The notes below the pieces were generated by a model that saw nothing but the letters and a program-made list of their open reading frames with translations, searched no databases and had not been told where the DNA came from. Positions 46,266-55,551 of a stretch of DNA of 64,000 nucleotides are shown in pieces. Where the stretch lies: assembly GCA_965215195.1 (NCBI GenBank), contig CBDCDC010000002.1, forward strand, positions 1,312,001-1,376,000, in the 5' to 3' direction. The position numbers were made by a program, and so were the translations under genes. This DNA is from Candidatus Latescibacterota bacterium. Lineage in GTDB: Bacteria > Latescibacterota > UBA2968 > UBA8231. Within the stretch, counting starts at the first letter, position 1, and each line of letters starts with the position of its first letter.

Positions 46266-47249
46266 TCACGGCAATGGGGCGTCGGCGCGGACCAAGCCCT
46301 CGGCGCGGAGTTCGGCCCAAAACGCGGGGGGAAGCTCCTGAGTGAGCAAGGCGAAATTCTCGCTCACTCGCTCGGGCTGCCGCGTCCCGGGGATGATGCA
46401 GGTGATGGCCGGATGGGCGAAGACGAATTGCGAGGCCGCCGCCCGCAGATCGACTTGGTGGCGAGCGGCCACGGCCTCTAGGGACTTGGCCCTAGCCGCG
46501 ATTTCGGGCGGAGCTTCCCGGTAGTTGTACGTTGCGCCCGGGCGCGCACCTTTGGCCAAGATGCCGCTGTTGTACGTGCCGCCGGCCATGATGCCGATGT
46601 TCTTTTGCACACACAGCGGCAAGAGTTCGTCGAGTGCGCTCTGATCGAGCAAGCTGTAGCGGCCGGCGAGGAGGAAGCAGTCGAAGTCGCCTTCGCGGGC
46701 AAAGCGGGCCAGCATTTCCCACTGGTTCATGCCCGCACTGACGGCGCGGATGACGCCCGCGCCGCGCAGCTTGTCGAGCGCGGGATACGCCCCGGCAATG
46801 GCCTCCTGCCAGTGATTGTCCGGGTCGTGAATGTGGAGGATGTCGATGCGATCTACGCCTAGGCGTTTGAGGCTGTCTTCAAAAGAGCGCATGACGCCGT
46901 CGTAGCTGAAGTCGAACACGGGTTGGTACGGGGCCGGGTCGTCAAACGCGCCCACCTGTTGGTCCCGCTCGGTTGGGACCAAGATGCGCCCCACTTTGGA
47001 CGCCAGCACGTACCTGTCGCGCGGCACCCCCACGAGGGCCTGCCCGAGGCGGATTTCGCTTTTGCCCGCTCCGTACAGGGGGGCGGTGTCCAAGAGGTTC
47101 AGCCCCAAAGACAGGGCGCGGCGCACTACGGAGACGGCCTGAGAGTCCGGTATGTCGCCGTATAGGCCGCCGATGGAGGCGCAGCCCAAGCCGAGGCGGG
47201 TGACGCACAAGCCGCTGCTGCCGAGGGGGACTTTTTCGAGTGGATTCAT
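46266..47249 (-). CDS. Aldo/keto reductase (D-threo-aldose 1-dehydrogenase-like)
   Basis: DTAPLYGAGKSE, FDFSYDGV, IHDPD, LLAGRYSLLDQ. Confidence 0.9.
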   Translation of the reverse strand: MNPLEKVPLGSSGLCVTRLGLGCASIGGLYGDIPDSQAVSVVRRALSLGLNLLDTAPLYGAGKSEIRLGQALVGVPRDRYVLASKVGRILVPTERDQQVGAFDDPAPYQPVFDFSYDGVMRSFEDSLKRLGVDRIDILHIHDPDNHWQEAIAGAYPALDKLRGAGVIRAVSAGMNQWEMLARFAREGDFDCFLLAGRYSLLDQSALDELLPLCVQKNIGIMAGGTYNSGILAKGARPGATYNYREAPPEIAARAKSLEAVAARHQVDLRAAASQFVFAHPAITCIIPGTRQPERVSENFALLTQELPPAFWAELRAEGLVRADAPLP

Positions 47250-47342
47250 GGCGTGCTCCTCAGGGGATAGAGACCAGGGGTTAGTGGTTCAAAACATAGG
47301 CCAAATCACCCGCTGCAAAAAGCCCGCCCCCTTGGGGTCTGC

Positions 47343-47371
47343 TTGACGCCCACAGGGGCAGGCCGTACATT
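47343..47371 (+). promoter_or_regulatory. Sigma70-like promoter
   Basis: TTGACG-17bp-TACATT upstream of the 47417 operon. Confidence 0.5.
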
Positions 47372-47416
47372 AAACGGCCTTTGTAAATAGATCAGAACTC
47401 ATTGAATATAAAAGAG

Positions 47417-48850
47417 ATGTATCAATTTAAGGCCAAGCTCCTAGCGCTGCTGATGCTGGCCGGATGCACCGCCACTGAGGAGTTGCCGCAAGAAGCGGCG
47501 AGCGGCGAGCGGTCGGCCTTGGCCGAGTGGCAGTGGGCCGATGGCGAGCTGCCTTGGGGCACTTGGGACGAGTCTTTGTTCGCGCGCGCTCAACGCGCCG
47601 ACAACCCCATATTGGTGTATTTGGCCGCTCCGGGATGCGAGGGCCTGTTTCCCGCGCCAACGCCGGCGTTGCGCCGACTGGTCGCCGAGAAATTTGTCGG
47701 CGTGCGGGTCGATCCATTCAAGCGGCCGGACATTGCGCGGCACTACGACAGCGGCGGTTGGCCGGCTCTAGTGGCGGCCCTGCCGGACGGGCGAGTTTTC
47801 GCCCGGGCCGTGGATATTCCGCCGCCCAACGTCGAGCCTTATCTGCGCCGGTTGCGCACGGCCTACGAGGAAAAGCGCGCCGTAATCGCCGCCAAGGTGC
47901 AGCGCAGCGCCTCTCGTCCCGAGGTTGAGAAGCCCTTTGCAGTAGAGGCCGTGTACCGCGCCTGCGCGGCCGCCTTTGACTCGGCCCACGGCGGCTTTGG
48001 CGGCCCGACCAAGTTTCTCGAGGCTTCGGTATTGCGCTTCCTACTCGTCTATGCCGAGGCGCGGGGCACTGCGCCGGCGCGGCAGATGGCCTTGGCTAGC
48101 CTAGACGCGGTACTGGCCTCGCCGCTCGGCGACAGCGGTGGTTTTCGCGCGTACTCGTACGCGCCGGATTGGAGCGCACCCGCCAGCGAGCGGGACGCCC
48201 TCGATCAGGCCGCCATGCTGCATCTGTTGCTGGAGGCCGGCCAGCCCCGCTACGCCGAGTCGGCCAGAGCGCTGCTCGGCTTTGTCGAGGGCACGCTCTT
48301 CGACGCGGCCGAGGGCGCGTTCCGCGGCCGCCAAGTCATGGCCGGCACTTGGTGGACCGATCCCACGCTCTACGCCGACCGCCAAGCGGCCCTGATACGG
48401 GCCTATCTAGCCGCGGCGGCCGCCCTAGGCGACGACCGCGCCGCCGCGGTGGCCCTGCAAGCCGGCGACGCGCTCATCAACCGCTGTGTCGATGGGCGCG
48501 GCCAAGTGCAGCACGTCTGCGACGCAGAGGCCGAGGGCAGCGCGGGCCTGCTCGTCGATCAAGCCTTGGCGGCATTGGCCCTGTGGGAATTGGGCGAGTG
48601 GAGCGGAGAGGCGCGGTTTGCCGCGGCCGCCGACCAGGTCGCGCGCTTTACCGAGCAATCGTACGACTATTTTGCGGCCCTCGGCCCCCGGCCGCACCCC
48701 GGCAAGGCCCTCGCCCTCCAGCTCTACGGGCGACAGGGCCGGGCCGAACAGGTGGTCGCCTTGACCGGCGAGCCGCCCTTGGCGCAGGTACTTGGTCGGG
48801 CGCATAGCTCATGGGCGCGGGCCTTGCTGCTCTACGGCCCGCCGCTATGA
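47417..48850 (+). CDS. DUF255/YyaL-like lipoprotein (thioredoxin-like plus six-hairpin glycosidase-like)
   Basis: Lipobox LAGC; RPDIARHY.SGGWP; FDSAHGGFGGPTKF; GGFRAYS. Confidence 0.75.
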   Translation: MYQFKAKLLALLMLAGCTATEELPQEAASGERSALAEWQWADGELPWGTWDESLFARAQRADNPILVYLAAPGCEGLFPAPTPALRRLVAEKFVGVRVDPFKRPDIARHYDSGGWPALVAALPDGRVFARAVDIPPPNVEPYLRRLRTAYEEKRAVIAAKVQRSASRPEVEKPFAVEAVYRACAAAFDSAHGGFGGPTKFLEASVLRFLLVYAEARGTAPARQMALASLDAVLASPLGDSGGFRAYSYAPDWSAPASERDALDQAAMLHLLLEAGQPRYAESARALLGFVEGTLFDAAEGAFRGRQVMAGTWWTDPTLYADRQAALIRAYLAAAAALGDDRAAAVALQAGDALINRCVDGRGQVQHVCDAEAEGSAGLLVDQALAALALWELGEWSGEARFAAAADQVARFTEQSYDYFAALGPRPHPGKALALQLYGRQGRAEQVVALTGEPPLAQVLGRAHSSWARALLLYGPPL

Positions 48851-49743
48851 GGATTTTGGTGACAGGTGCCACCGGCTTTTTGGGCCGCACCCTGCTGTCC
48901 TTGAAAGGGGAAGCCGAGTGGATCGGCTGCGGCCGCCGGCCCGCGGCCGACCTTCCCTATGGCCAAGTCGATCTAGCCGACCGCCAAGCCGCGACCGCAC
49001 TTGTCGCCGAGCTCGCTCCCGACTGGGTGATCAACGCCGCGGCCATGACCGATGTCGATGACTGCGAAAAAGACGTGCGGGCCGCGCGGCAAGCCAATGT
49101 CGATATTCCCGAGAACTTGGCAGTGGCTTGCGACGCGGTCGGAGCCGGCTTGGTTCACATTTCCACAGATTACGTCTTCGACGGCAAGCGCGGCCCCTAC
49201 GGCGAAGGGGATGCAGCCAATCCGCTGTCTTGCTATGGCCGACTCAAGCTCGAAAGCGAGGGTATATTAAAAAAAATGGAGCGCGTGCTCGTCGTGCGCA
49301 CCCTGTGGCTATACGGCTATGTCCCACAGGCCGGGTCCAATTTCCTCACGTGGGTGCTGCGGGCGCTGTCTAGCGGCCAGTCCGTGCGGATTTTTGCCGA
49401 TCAGTGGGGCAACCCGACCTACATCCGCGATCTGGCCCGCGCCTTGGTGGCCCTGTGCGGCCAAGACGCGCGGGGCTTGCTGCACGCAGGCGGCGCGACC
49501 TTTATGACGCGCTGGGAGATGGCGCGGGAGCTGGCCTGTTTCTTTGGCATTGATGGCGCGTTGATCCAACCCGTGCCGACCCGCGCGGCCGGGCTGCCAG
49601 CCGTGCGCCCCCTGCGCTCTGGTCTGCGCACCGATGCGTTGGAAGCTGCGCTCGGCCGCCGGCCCCTGAGCTTTGCCGAGGGGCTGCAACACCTCGCTGC
49701 GGACCCGCTTTTTCGCCGCGACTTTCCCCAATTTGCCCGCTAG
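48847..49743 (+). CDS. rfbD: dTDP-4-dehydrorhamnose reductase family SDR
   Basis: ILVTGATGFLG, AAMTDVDDCE, ISTDYVFDG, YGRLK, DQWGNPT. Confidence 0.85.
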   Translation: MRILVTGATGFLGRTLLSLKGEAEWIGCGRRPAADLPYGQVDLADRQAATALVAELAPDWVINAAAMTDVDDCEKDVRAARQANVDIPENLAVACDAVGAGLVHISTDYVFDGKRGPYGEGDAANPLSCYGRLKLESEGILKKMERVLVVRTLWLYGYVPQAGSNFLTWVLRALSSGQSVRIFADQWGNPTYIRDLARALVALCGQDARGLLHAGGATFMTRWEMARELACFFGIDGALIQPVPTRAAGLPAVRPLRSGLRTDALEAALGRRPLSFAEGLQHLAADPLFRRDFPQFAR

Positions 49744-49752
49744 CGCATTCCC

Positions 49753-50478
49753 GTGGACCCCGTGCGGATTTCGCTGGTGACGCCCACGTACAACGAGCGG
49801 GAAAACCTGCCGCTTTTGGCCGAAGAGATATTCGCGGTCGTCGGCCAAAAGCCGGATATCGACTTGGAGCTCATCGTGGTAGATGACAACTCGCCCGACG
49901 GCACCGGCGAGGTGGCCGAGTCCCTGAAGGACCGCTATCCCGTGCAGGTGGTCCATCGGGCCGGCAAGCTCGGTTTGGGGTCGGCGGTGATGGCGGGTTT
50001 CGCCCAGTCGGCGCGGCCGCACCTCGGGGTGATAGACGCCGACTTGAGCCACGACCCGGCGATTTTGCCCGAGCTGGTCCACAGCCTGCGCGAATGCGAC
50101 ATTGCCATGGGCAGCCGCTTTGGGGCGACCAGCCGCGTCGAGAAATGGGCTTGGCACCGCAAGCTAATTTCGCAAGTCGGGGTGGGCGCGGCCCGCCTGC
50201 TGACCGGGGTCGAGGACCCGCTGTCGGGTTATTTCTGTCTGCGCCGCCAAGTGATACAGGACCTAGTGCTCACGTCCTCGGGCTACAAAATTTTGCTCGA
50301 AATTTTGGTCAAGGGCCGCTATCAGCGGCATCGGTCCGTGCCATTTGTCTTTCGCAACCGCCAGTTCAGCTCCAGCAAGCTGGACCTGCGCGAGTACCTG
50401 CTCTTTGCCAAACAGATCCTCTACTTCAGCGGCTACAAGCTCATGGGCCGCCAGCGAGGGGCCCGATCGTGCGACTGA
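49753..50478 (+). CDS. Polyprenol-phosphate mannose synthase-like GT2
   Basis: PTYNEREN, VDDNSPDGT, KLGLGSA, DADLSHDP, GYKILLEI. Confidence 0.88.
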   Translation: MDPVRISLVTPTYNERENLPLLAEEIFAVVGQKPDIDLELIVVDDNSPDGTGEVAESLKDRYPVQVVHRAGKLGLGSAVMAGFAQSARPHLGVIDADLSHDPAILPELVHSLRECDIAMGSRFGATSRVEKWAWHRKLISQVGVGAARLLTGVEDPLSGYFCLRRQVIQDLVLTSSGYKILLEILVKGRYQRHRSVPFVFRNRQFSSSKLDLREYLLFAKQILYFSGYKLMGRQRGARSCD

Positions 50479-52142
50479 GCGTCGTCTTCCTCAGCTACAA
50501 CACCCGCGACCTGACCCGACAGGCCCTGAGCGCGGTGCTCGCAGCAGCCGAGGGCCTAGAGGTGGAGATATTCGTCGTCGACAATGCCTCGGCCGACGGC
50601 AGCGCCGACATGGTGGCCGAGGAGTTTCCAGAAGTGGAGCTCATTTGCAACGCGGCCAACGTGGGTTTCGCGGCCGGCAACAACGTGGCCCTGCGGCAGG
50701 TGGCCGGAGAATACGCGCTGCTGATCAACACCGATACCATTGTGCGCCGAGACGCGCTGCGCACGATGGTAGAATTCTTGGACGCGCACCCACAAGCCGG
50801 GGCCTGCGGGTGCAAAATCCTCGACCCGGACGGCACTTTGCAGCTCGACAGCCGCCGCGGCTTCCCCACGCCCTTGGCTGCTTTCTGCAAGATGTCGGGC
50901 CTGAGCCGCCTCTTTCCCAAGCATCCACTCATCGCCCGCTACCACATGACGTATCTCGACCCTGAGCAAACGGCTGAGGTCGAGGTGCTGTCTGGTTCCT
51001 GCATGATGGTGCGAAAGGCGGCCATGGACCAAGTGGGTCTGCTCGACGAGTCCTACTTCATGTACGGCGAGGACATCGACTGGTGCTATCGCTTCCACCA
51101 AGCCGGCTGGAAGATCTACTACGTGCCGACGACCGCGATCATCCACTTCCGCGGCGAGAGCGGCCGGGGGACGCCCCTGAAAATTCTCTATCGCAAGAGC
51201 CAAGCCATGTCGATTTTTGTCGACAAGCACATGGCGCGGCGCTATCGCTTCTTTCCGCTGTGGCTTTTGCAGGTGGGCATTGCCCTGCACGGGACGTTCC
51301 GCTTCCTCGCTCGGGCGGGCCGCGCCTTGGCCATGCCCCTGATCGACGCCGGCTTGGTGCTCTGCGGCCTGAAGTTAGGTTTAGCAGTGCGCTACCACCC
51401 AGAGCTGGTGCCCTTCATCTACCGCATTGAGCAGGTCGGCAACCTCTTCGGCCTCGACGTCCAGCCGACGCGCTGGCTGGTCCCGCCTCCGTACTCGGAT
51501 TTGCAATGGGCCGTCGTGTACGGTGCTTCAACCTTAATCTGGCTGTTGGCGTTTTACGTGTCGGGCCTGTACGACCGCCGCCGCTACTCTGTGGCGTGGT
51601 CGGTGGTGGGCGTGACGCTGGGGTTTGCCTTCATCGTGACGCTGGTGTTCTTCTTTAAGGCATACAACTTCTCGCGGCTGGCTGCGGTCGCGGCTTGGTT
51701 TTGCAACGCAGTGTTAATCGCCGGTTGGCGCTTCGCCGGGCGTTGGTTCCTGCACCAGCGCGGCCGCGAGGGCCGATTGCGCACCCTGCTGGTGGGAACC
51801 GATGCGGTCGCAGTGGATTTCGTCGAGCAGCTAGAGCGGGCGGGCGTGGCCCACTACAACCTGATCGGCGTGGTGGGAGAGGCTCCTCAGCCGCGGGTCC
51901 GCGCCCTGGCCGGTCGCCCGCTAGTCGGTCACGTCGGCCAGCTAGAGGAGCTGGTGCGCGACTTTGCCATCGACCACCTCGTGTTCACCCCGAGTGCCAT
52001 GGGGTCGTTCTTGGAGCAGCCAGTGCGGTCGCGGGATTTGCGCGTTAGCATGGTGCCGGTCGCGTTTGCCGAAATGGTTGCCGACCGCGGCGTACGCGAC
52101 TCTGCGCCCCTGCCTCTCGTGGAAATTAGGACGGGCCGTTGA
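50469..52142 (+). CDS. GT2 glycosyltransferase fused to membrane and CoA-binding-like domains
   Basis: VVDNASADGS, GFAAGNN, YFMYGEDIDWC, TM block, RTLLVG. Confidence 0.85.
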   Translation: MRLSVVFLSYNTRDLTRQALSAVLAAAEGLEVEIFVVDNASADGSADMVAEEFPEVELICNAANVGFAAGNNVALRQVAGEYALLINTDTIVRRDALRTMVEFLDAHPQAGACGCKILDPDGTLQLDSRRGFPTPLAAFCKMSGLSRLFPKHPLIARYHMTYLDPEQTAEVEVLSGSCMMVRKAAMDQVGLLDESYFMYGEDIDWCYRFHQAGWKIYYVPTTAIIHFRGESGRGTPLKILYRKSQAMSIFVDKHMARRYRFFPLWLLQVGIALHGTFRFLARAGRALAMPLIDAGLVLCGLKLGLAVRYHPELVPFIYRIEQVGNLFGLDVQPTRWLVPPPYSDLQWAVVYGASTLIWLLAFYVSGLYDRRRYSVAWSVVGVTLGFAFIVTLVFFFKAYNFSRLAAVAAWFCNAVLIAGWRFAGRWFLHQRGREGRLRTLLVGTDAVAVDFVEQLERAGVAHYNLIGVVGEAPQPRVRALAGRPLVGHVGQLEELVRDFAIDHLVFTPSAMGSFLEQPVRSRDLRVSMVPVAFAEMVADRGVRDSAPLPLVEIRTGR

Positions 52143-52211
52143 GGGGGGCAGTGTTGATTTTTTGCCTTTATTTACGTATTGTGAACGCGAGCATACGCTG
52201 GGAGAATAACT

Positions 52212-52913
52212 ATGTCTGAGAGGCGTTTGGCAGGCGGTCGGGAGATCGTGCTGCCGATGAGTAAAGCAGTGGAAATTAGTTTTCGCAGCCTGAAAATTCG
52301 CTTTGGCCGCTCGCTGATCACCACCAGCGGCGTGATTTTGGCCATTGCCTTTTTAATGTCGGTGTGGAGCAACAACGAAATCGTCACCAGCCTGCGGAGC
52401 GCGGACAAAAGCGAGATCAACTTGCTGTTGCAAAAAAACGGCATTGAGACCGGCATCACCGAAGCCGGCGACGCTTCCGCAGAGGCTGCGGGCCGCATAC
52501 AGGAAGAGCGATCCAAGCAGACTTGGCTCATCAGTCTCTCGCTCTTGGTCTGCGTCGTCGGCATTGCCAACGCCATGTTGATGTCGGTGACCGAGCGATT
52601 CCGCGAGATCGGCACTATGAAGTGCCTCGGGGCCTTGGACACCTTTATCGTCAAGCTCTTCCTTCTCGAATCGACCTTTCAGGGGTTGGCGGGGACTTCG
52701 GCGGGGATCGTCATTGGCTTCGCCCTGACGCTGGGCTTGGCCCTGCTCGACTACGGCGGCTACGCGCTCACTTATTTCCCGCTGGGCGGCATCGCCGAAT
52801 CGGCCGGGTACGCCTTGGTGGTGGGGACCCTGCTTTCGCTGATTGGTGCTATGTTGCCGGCGTACCGCGCGGCCAAGATGGAGCCGGTCGAGGCCATGCG
52901 CTCGGACACTTGA
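52212..52913 (+). CDS. FtsX/MacB-like ABC permease (short)
   Basis: GIANAMLMSVTERFREIGTMKCLGA, PAYRAAKMEPVEAMR. Confidence 0.88.
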   Translation: MSERRLAGGREIVLPMSKAVEISFRSLKIRFGRSLITTSGVILAIAFLMSVWSNNEIVTSLRSADKSEINLLLQKNGIETGITEAGDASAEAAGRIQEERSKQTWLISLSLLVCVVGIANAMLMSVTERFREIGTMKCLGALDTFIVKLFLLESTFQGLAGTSAGIVIGFALTLGLALLDYGGYALTYFPLGGIAESAGYALVVGTLLSLIGAMLPAYRAAKMEPVEAMRSDT

Positions 52914-52934
52914 TTTCTTAGAGGAGATTCTGCA

Positions 52935-53705
52935 ATGACCGAAACCGCCCCAAGCGAGATCGCTGTCCAAGAAGCGGAAAAACGCACTGTAGTACGGACC
53001 CAGCAGGTAAAGAAAATTTACTTGATGGGCGAGATTGAGGTTCACGCCCTGCGCGGGGTCGACATGGAGATCTACACCGGCGAGTACCTGTCGATCATGG
53101 GGCCTTCGGGCTCGGGCAAGAGCACCTTCTTCAACATGGTCGGCGGCCTCGACAAGCCCTCGGAGGGCAAGGTGTACATCGACGAAGTAGACGTCGCCCA
53201 GCTCGACGCGTATGAACTGGCTTGGCTGCGCTGCCGCAAGATCGGCTACATCTTCCAGTCGTTCAACTTGATCCCGGTGATGACCGCGCTCGAAAACGTC
53301 ACCTTGCCGATGGTCTTCGCCGGCCTGACCAGCGACGAAGCCCGCGACAAGGGCATGGAGCTATTGGTCAAGGTGGGCCTTGGCGAGCGGCACTCGCACA
53401 AGCCGTACGAGCTTTCGGGCGGCCAGCAGCAGCGCGTGGCCGTCGCCCGCGCCCTCGCCAACGACCCGGCCGTGGTCCTCGCCGACGAGCCGACCGGGAA
53501 TCTGGACCTGCGCACGGGCACCGAAATCATCGAATTGCTCAAAGAGATGAACGAGAATTCCGGCGTGACCGTCATCTCAGCGACCCACGACCACAAGATG
53601 CTCAGCGTCTCCGACCGCGTGGTGTGGGTCAAGGACGGCCAAGTCGATCACGTGCGCAAACGCGAAGATCTCGATATCGAAGTAACCCACGTAGAAGGCG
53701 AGTAG
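52935..53705 (+). CDS. LolD/MacB-like ABC ATP-binding protein
   Basis: GPSGSGKS, LSGGQQQR, ADEPTGNLD. Confidence 0.95.
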   Translation: MTETAPSEIAVQEAEKRTVVRTQQVKKIYLMGEIEVHALRGVDMEIYTGEYLSIMGPSGSGKSTFFNMVGGLDKPSEGKVYIDEVDVAQLDAYELAWLRCRKIGYIFQSFNLIPVMTALENVTLPMVFAGLTSDEARDKGMELLVKVGLGERHSHKPYELSGGQQQRVAVARALANDPAVVLADEPTGNLDLRTGTEIIELLKEMNENSGVTVISATHDHKMLSVSDRVVWVKDGQVDHVRKREDLDIEVTHVEGE

Positions 53706-54490
53706 TGCTGCCAGCCTACCCAACCGCCTTTTGGGTCTGCGCGGTGGGGGCAGTGCTCTTGATGGGGGTGGCCAAGGCCGGCTTTGGCGGCGGCATTGGG
53801 ATTTTGGCCACCCCGCTTTTGGCACTGACGGTTTCGGTGGCCGACGCGGCGGCCCTGTTGCTGCCGCTGTTGATCGCCTGCGATGTGTTCGCCGTCCGCC
53901 ACTACCGCCGCACCTTCGACAAAACGAGCGTCCAACGGCTCCTGCCCGGTTCCGCCTTGGGGATCGGCGCCGGGGCCTTTTTTTTTGGCTACTTCAGCCA
54001 GCACGAGCGCGTCTTGGAGATAGGCTTGGGCTGCTTGGCCTTGCTGTTTGTCGCTTTCCAATTCGGGCGGGCGGCGATTGTCGGGGCCGTGCGGAAGCAG
54101 CATCCGGGGCCGCTCGCCGGCGTACTGATGGGCGCGGCCTCGGGCTTCACCTCAACGCTTGCCCACGCCGGGGCCCCGCCGGTGGTCATCTACTTGCTGC
54201 CGCAGCAGCTTCCACGCCACGTCTTCGTCGGCACCACGGTCATCTTCTTCGCCGCGCTCAACTTGCTCAAACTGCCGCCCTATTGGGGCTTGGGGCTTTT
54301 TCACGCCGACATTTTTAAGACGACTTTGCTACTGGCTCCGCTGGCGTACATCGGGGTGCGGTTGGGCGTGTTTTTGCTCCAGCGATTTAGCGATGTGTGG
54401 TTTAATAGGATAGTGTACGGGATGTTGCTGGCGACGGCGGTGCAGTTGATTACTGGAAGCAATCTGCTGGAGGGGATGGTCCGGGGGTGA
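53705..54490 (+). CDS. Sulfite exporter TauE/SafE family protein
   Basis: GVAKAGFGGG, GFTSTLAHAGAPP, FFAALNLLKL. Confidence 0.88.
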   Translation: MLPAYPTAFWVCAVGAVLLMGVAKAGFGGGIGILATPLLALTVSVADAAALLLPLLIACDVFAVRHYRRTFDKTSVQRLLPGSALGIGAGAFFFGYFSQHERVLEIGLGCLALLFVAFQFGRAAIVGAVRKQHPGPLAGVLMGAASGFTSTLAHAGAPPVVIYLLPQQLPRHVFVGTTVIFFAALNLLKLPPYWGLGLFHADIFKTTLLLAPLAYIGVRLGVFLLQRFSDVWFNRIVYGMLLATAVQLITGSNLLEGMVRG

Positions 54491-54528
54491 TAGACCTTGC
54501 GCCTCAAAGTCGTGGCGCACGGACCGTT

Positions 54529-54620
54529 TCAGGGTGTCCGTAGTTCCCTTATTGCATTTATTACATCAACGGCTTCGCCCGGCGCGACGATGGGTATTTA
54601 GTGTCTAGGACGACTCTCAT
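54529..54620 (-). pseudogene. Internally deleted PIN-domain toxin
   Basis: An ATG directly after the antitoxin stop gives MRVVLDT, the canonical PIN start. It joins out of frame to IPIVAPGEAVDVINAIREL, a PIN-like C-terminus. Confidence 0.75.
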
Positions 54621-54854
54621 CTAGGCTCGGCGGAGCTGGTGGACAATACGGGAGATTTCTTCGAGCGAGGGCTGAGTAGAATCCGCTACGGCAGCGGCTC
54701 GGTCGAGCAGGTCGGATGAATTCTCTGCAAAAGCGACGACCTTAAACAGCGGCTTAGATCGCTTGACGACGACGATTTCGCGCCATTGCTCCAAGTGTTC
54801 GGCAATGCGCGGCAATTGCTGGCGAAATTCCTTTGCGCTCAAGTATTTAGCCAT
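54621..54854 (-). CDS. Phd/YefM-family antitoxin
   Basis: LSAKEFRQQLPRI..EIVVVKRSKPLFKVV; GGAG RBS. Confidence 0.75.
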   Translation of the reverse strand: MAKYLSAKEFRQQLPRIAEHLEQWREIVVVKRSKPLFKVVAFAENSSDLLDRAAAVADSTQPSLEEISRIVHQLRRA

Positions 54855-55001
54855 GAGAAATCTCCACTGTGAAGTTCGACGTTAAGTAACTTTAGTATAA
54901 ATTCTGCCGCCAAAAATCAACGGACCCATGCGGCCCGCTTCTACCGAGGATTGACCCTAGGCAGATCCTTTGAACGACTTTATTTAGAAGGAAACCAAAA
55001 C

Positions 55002-55229
55002 ATGGCGATCTCGATTCAACTTCCTGCTGACGCGGAACAACGGCTCGATTTTCTGGCGGCGCAAACAGGGCGCACCAAAGATGGCTGCCTGCGCGAGATT
55101 ATCGAACGGGGCCTTGAAGACATGGAGGACTACTATCTCGCCGCCGAAGTCCTGAAGCGCGTCCGAAACGGCGAGGAGCAGGTGTACTCCGCTGCTGAAG
55201 TGAAGAAAGCCCTTGGTCTGGACGATTGA
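55002..55229 (+). CDS. RelB/StbD-like ribbon-helix-helix antitoxin
   Basis: ISIQLP..EQRLDFLAAQTGRTK..GLEDMEDYYLA. Confidence 0.85.
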   Translation: MAISIQLPADAEQRLDFLAAQTGRTKDGCLREIIERGLEDMEDYYLAAEVLKRVRNGEEQVYSAAEVKKALGLDD

Positions 55230-55479
55230 GTACACCAAAACTGCTAGCGATCAGCTTCGCAAACTGGACAAACAGACGGCTCGTCGTATTATCGCTTACC
55301 TCGACGACAGGGTGGCCGTGCTCGACGATCCACGGAGTTTGGGTAGAGTGCTAACAGGTCCATTTGGTGGGTTGTGGCGCTATCGCGTTGGAAATTGCCG
55401 GGTAGTCTGCGACATTCAGGATCGCGTCTTGCGGATTGTCGTCGTCAGGATTGGTGCTCGCGACAGGGTGTATCGTTGA
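55213..55479 (+). CDS. relE: RelE/StbE-family toxin
   Basis: WTIEY..QLRKLDKQ, LWRYRVG, IGARDRVY; overlaps the antitoxin. Confidence 0.9.
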   Translation: MVWTIEYTKTASDQLRKLDKQTARRIIAYLDDRVAVLDDPRSLGRVLTGPFGGLWRYRVGNCRVVCDIQDRVLRIVVVRIGARDRVYR

Positions 55480-55551
55480 TCGTGAACGGTTTTGTGCGAC
55501 AGTATAATTACCTCTATAACGCCTTTACTTTCTCTCGGGAGACCATACCCA

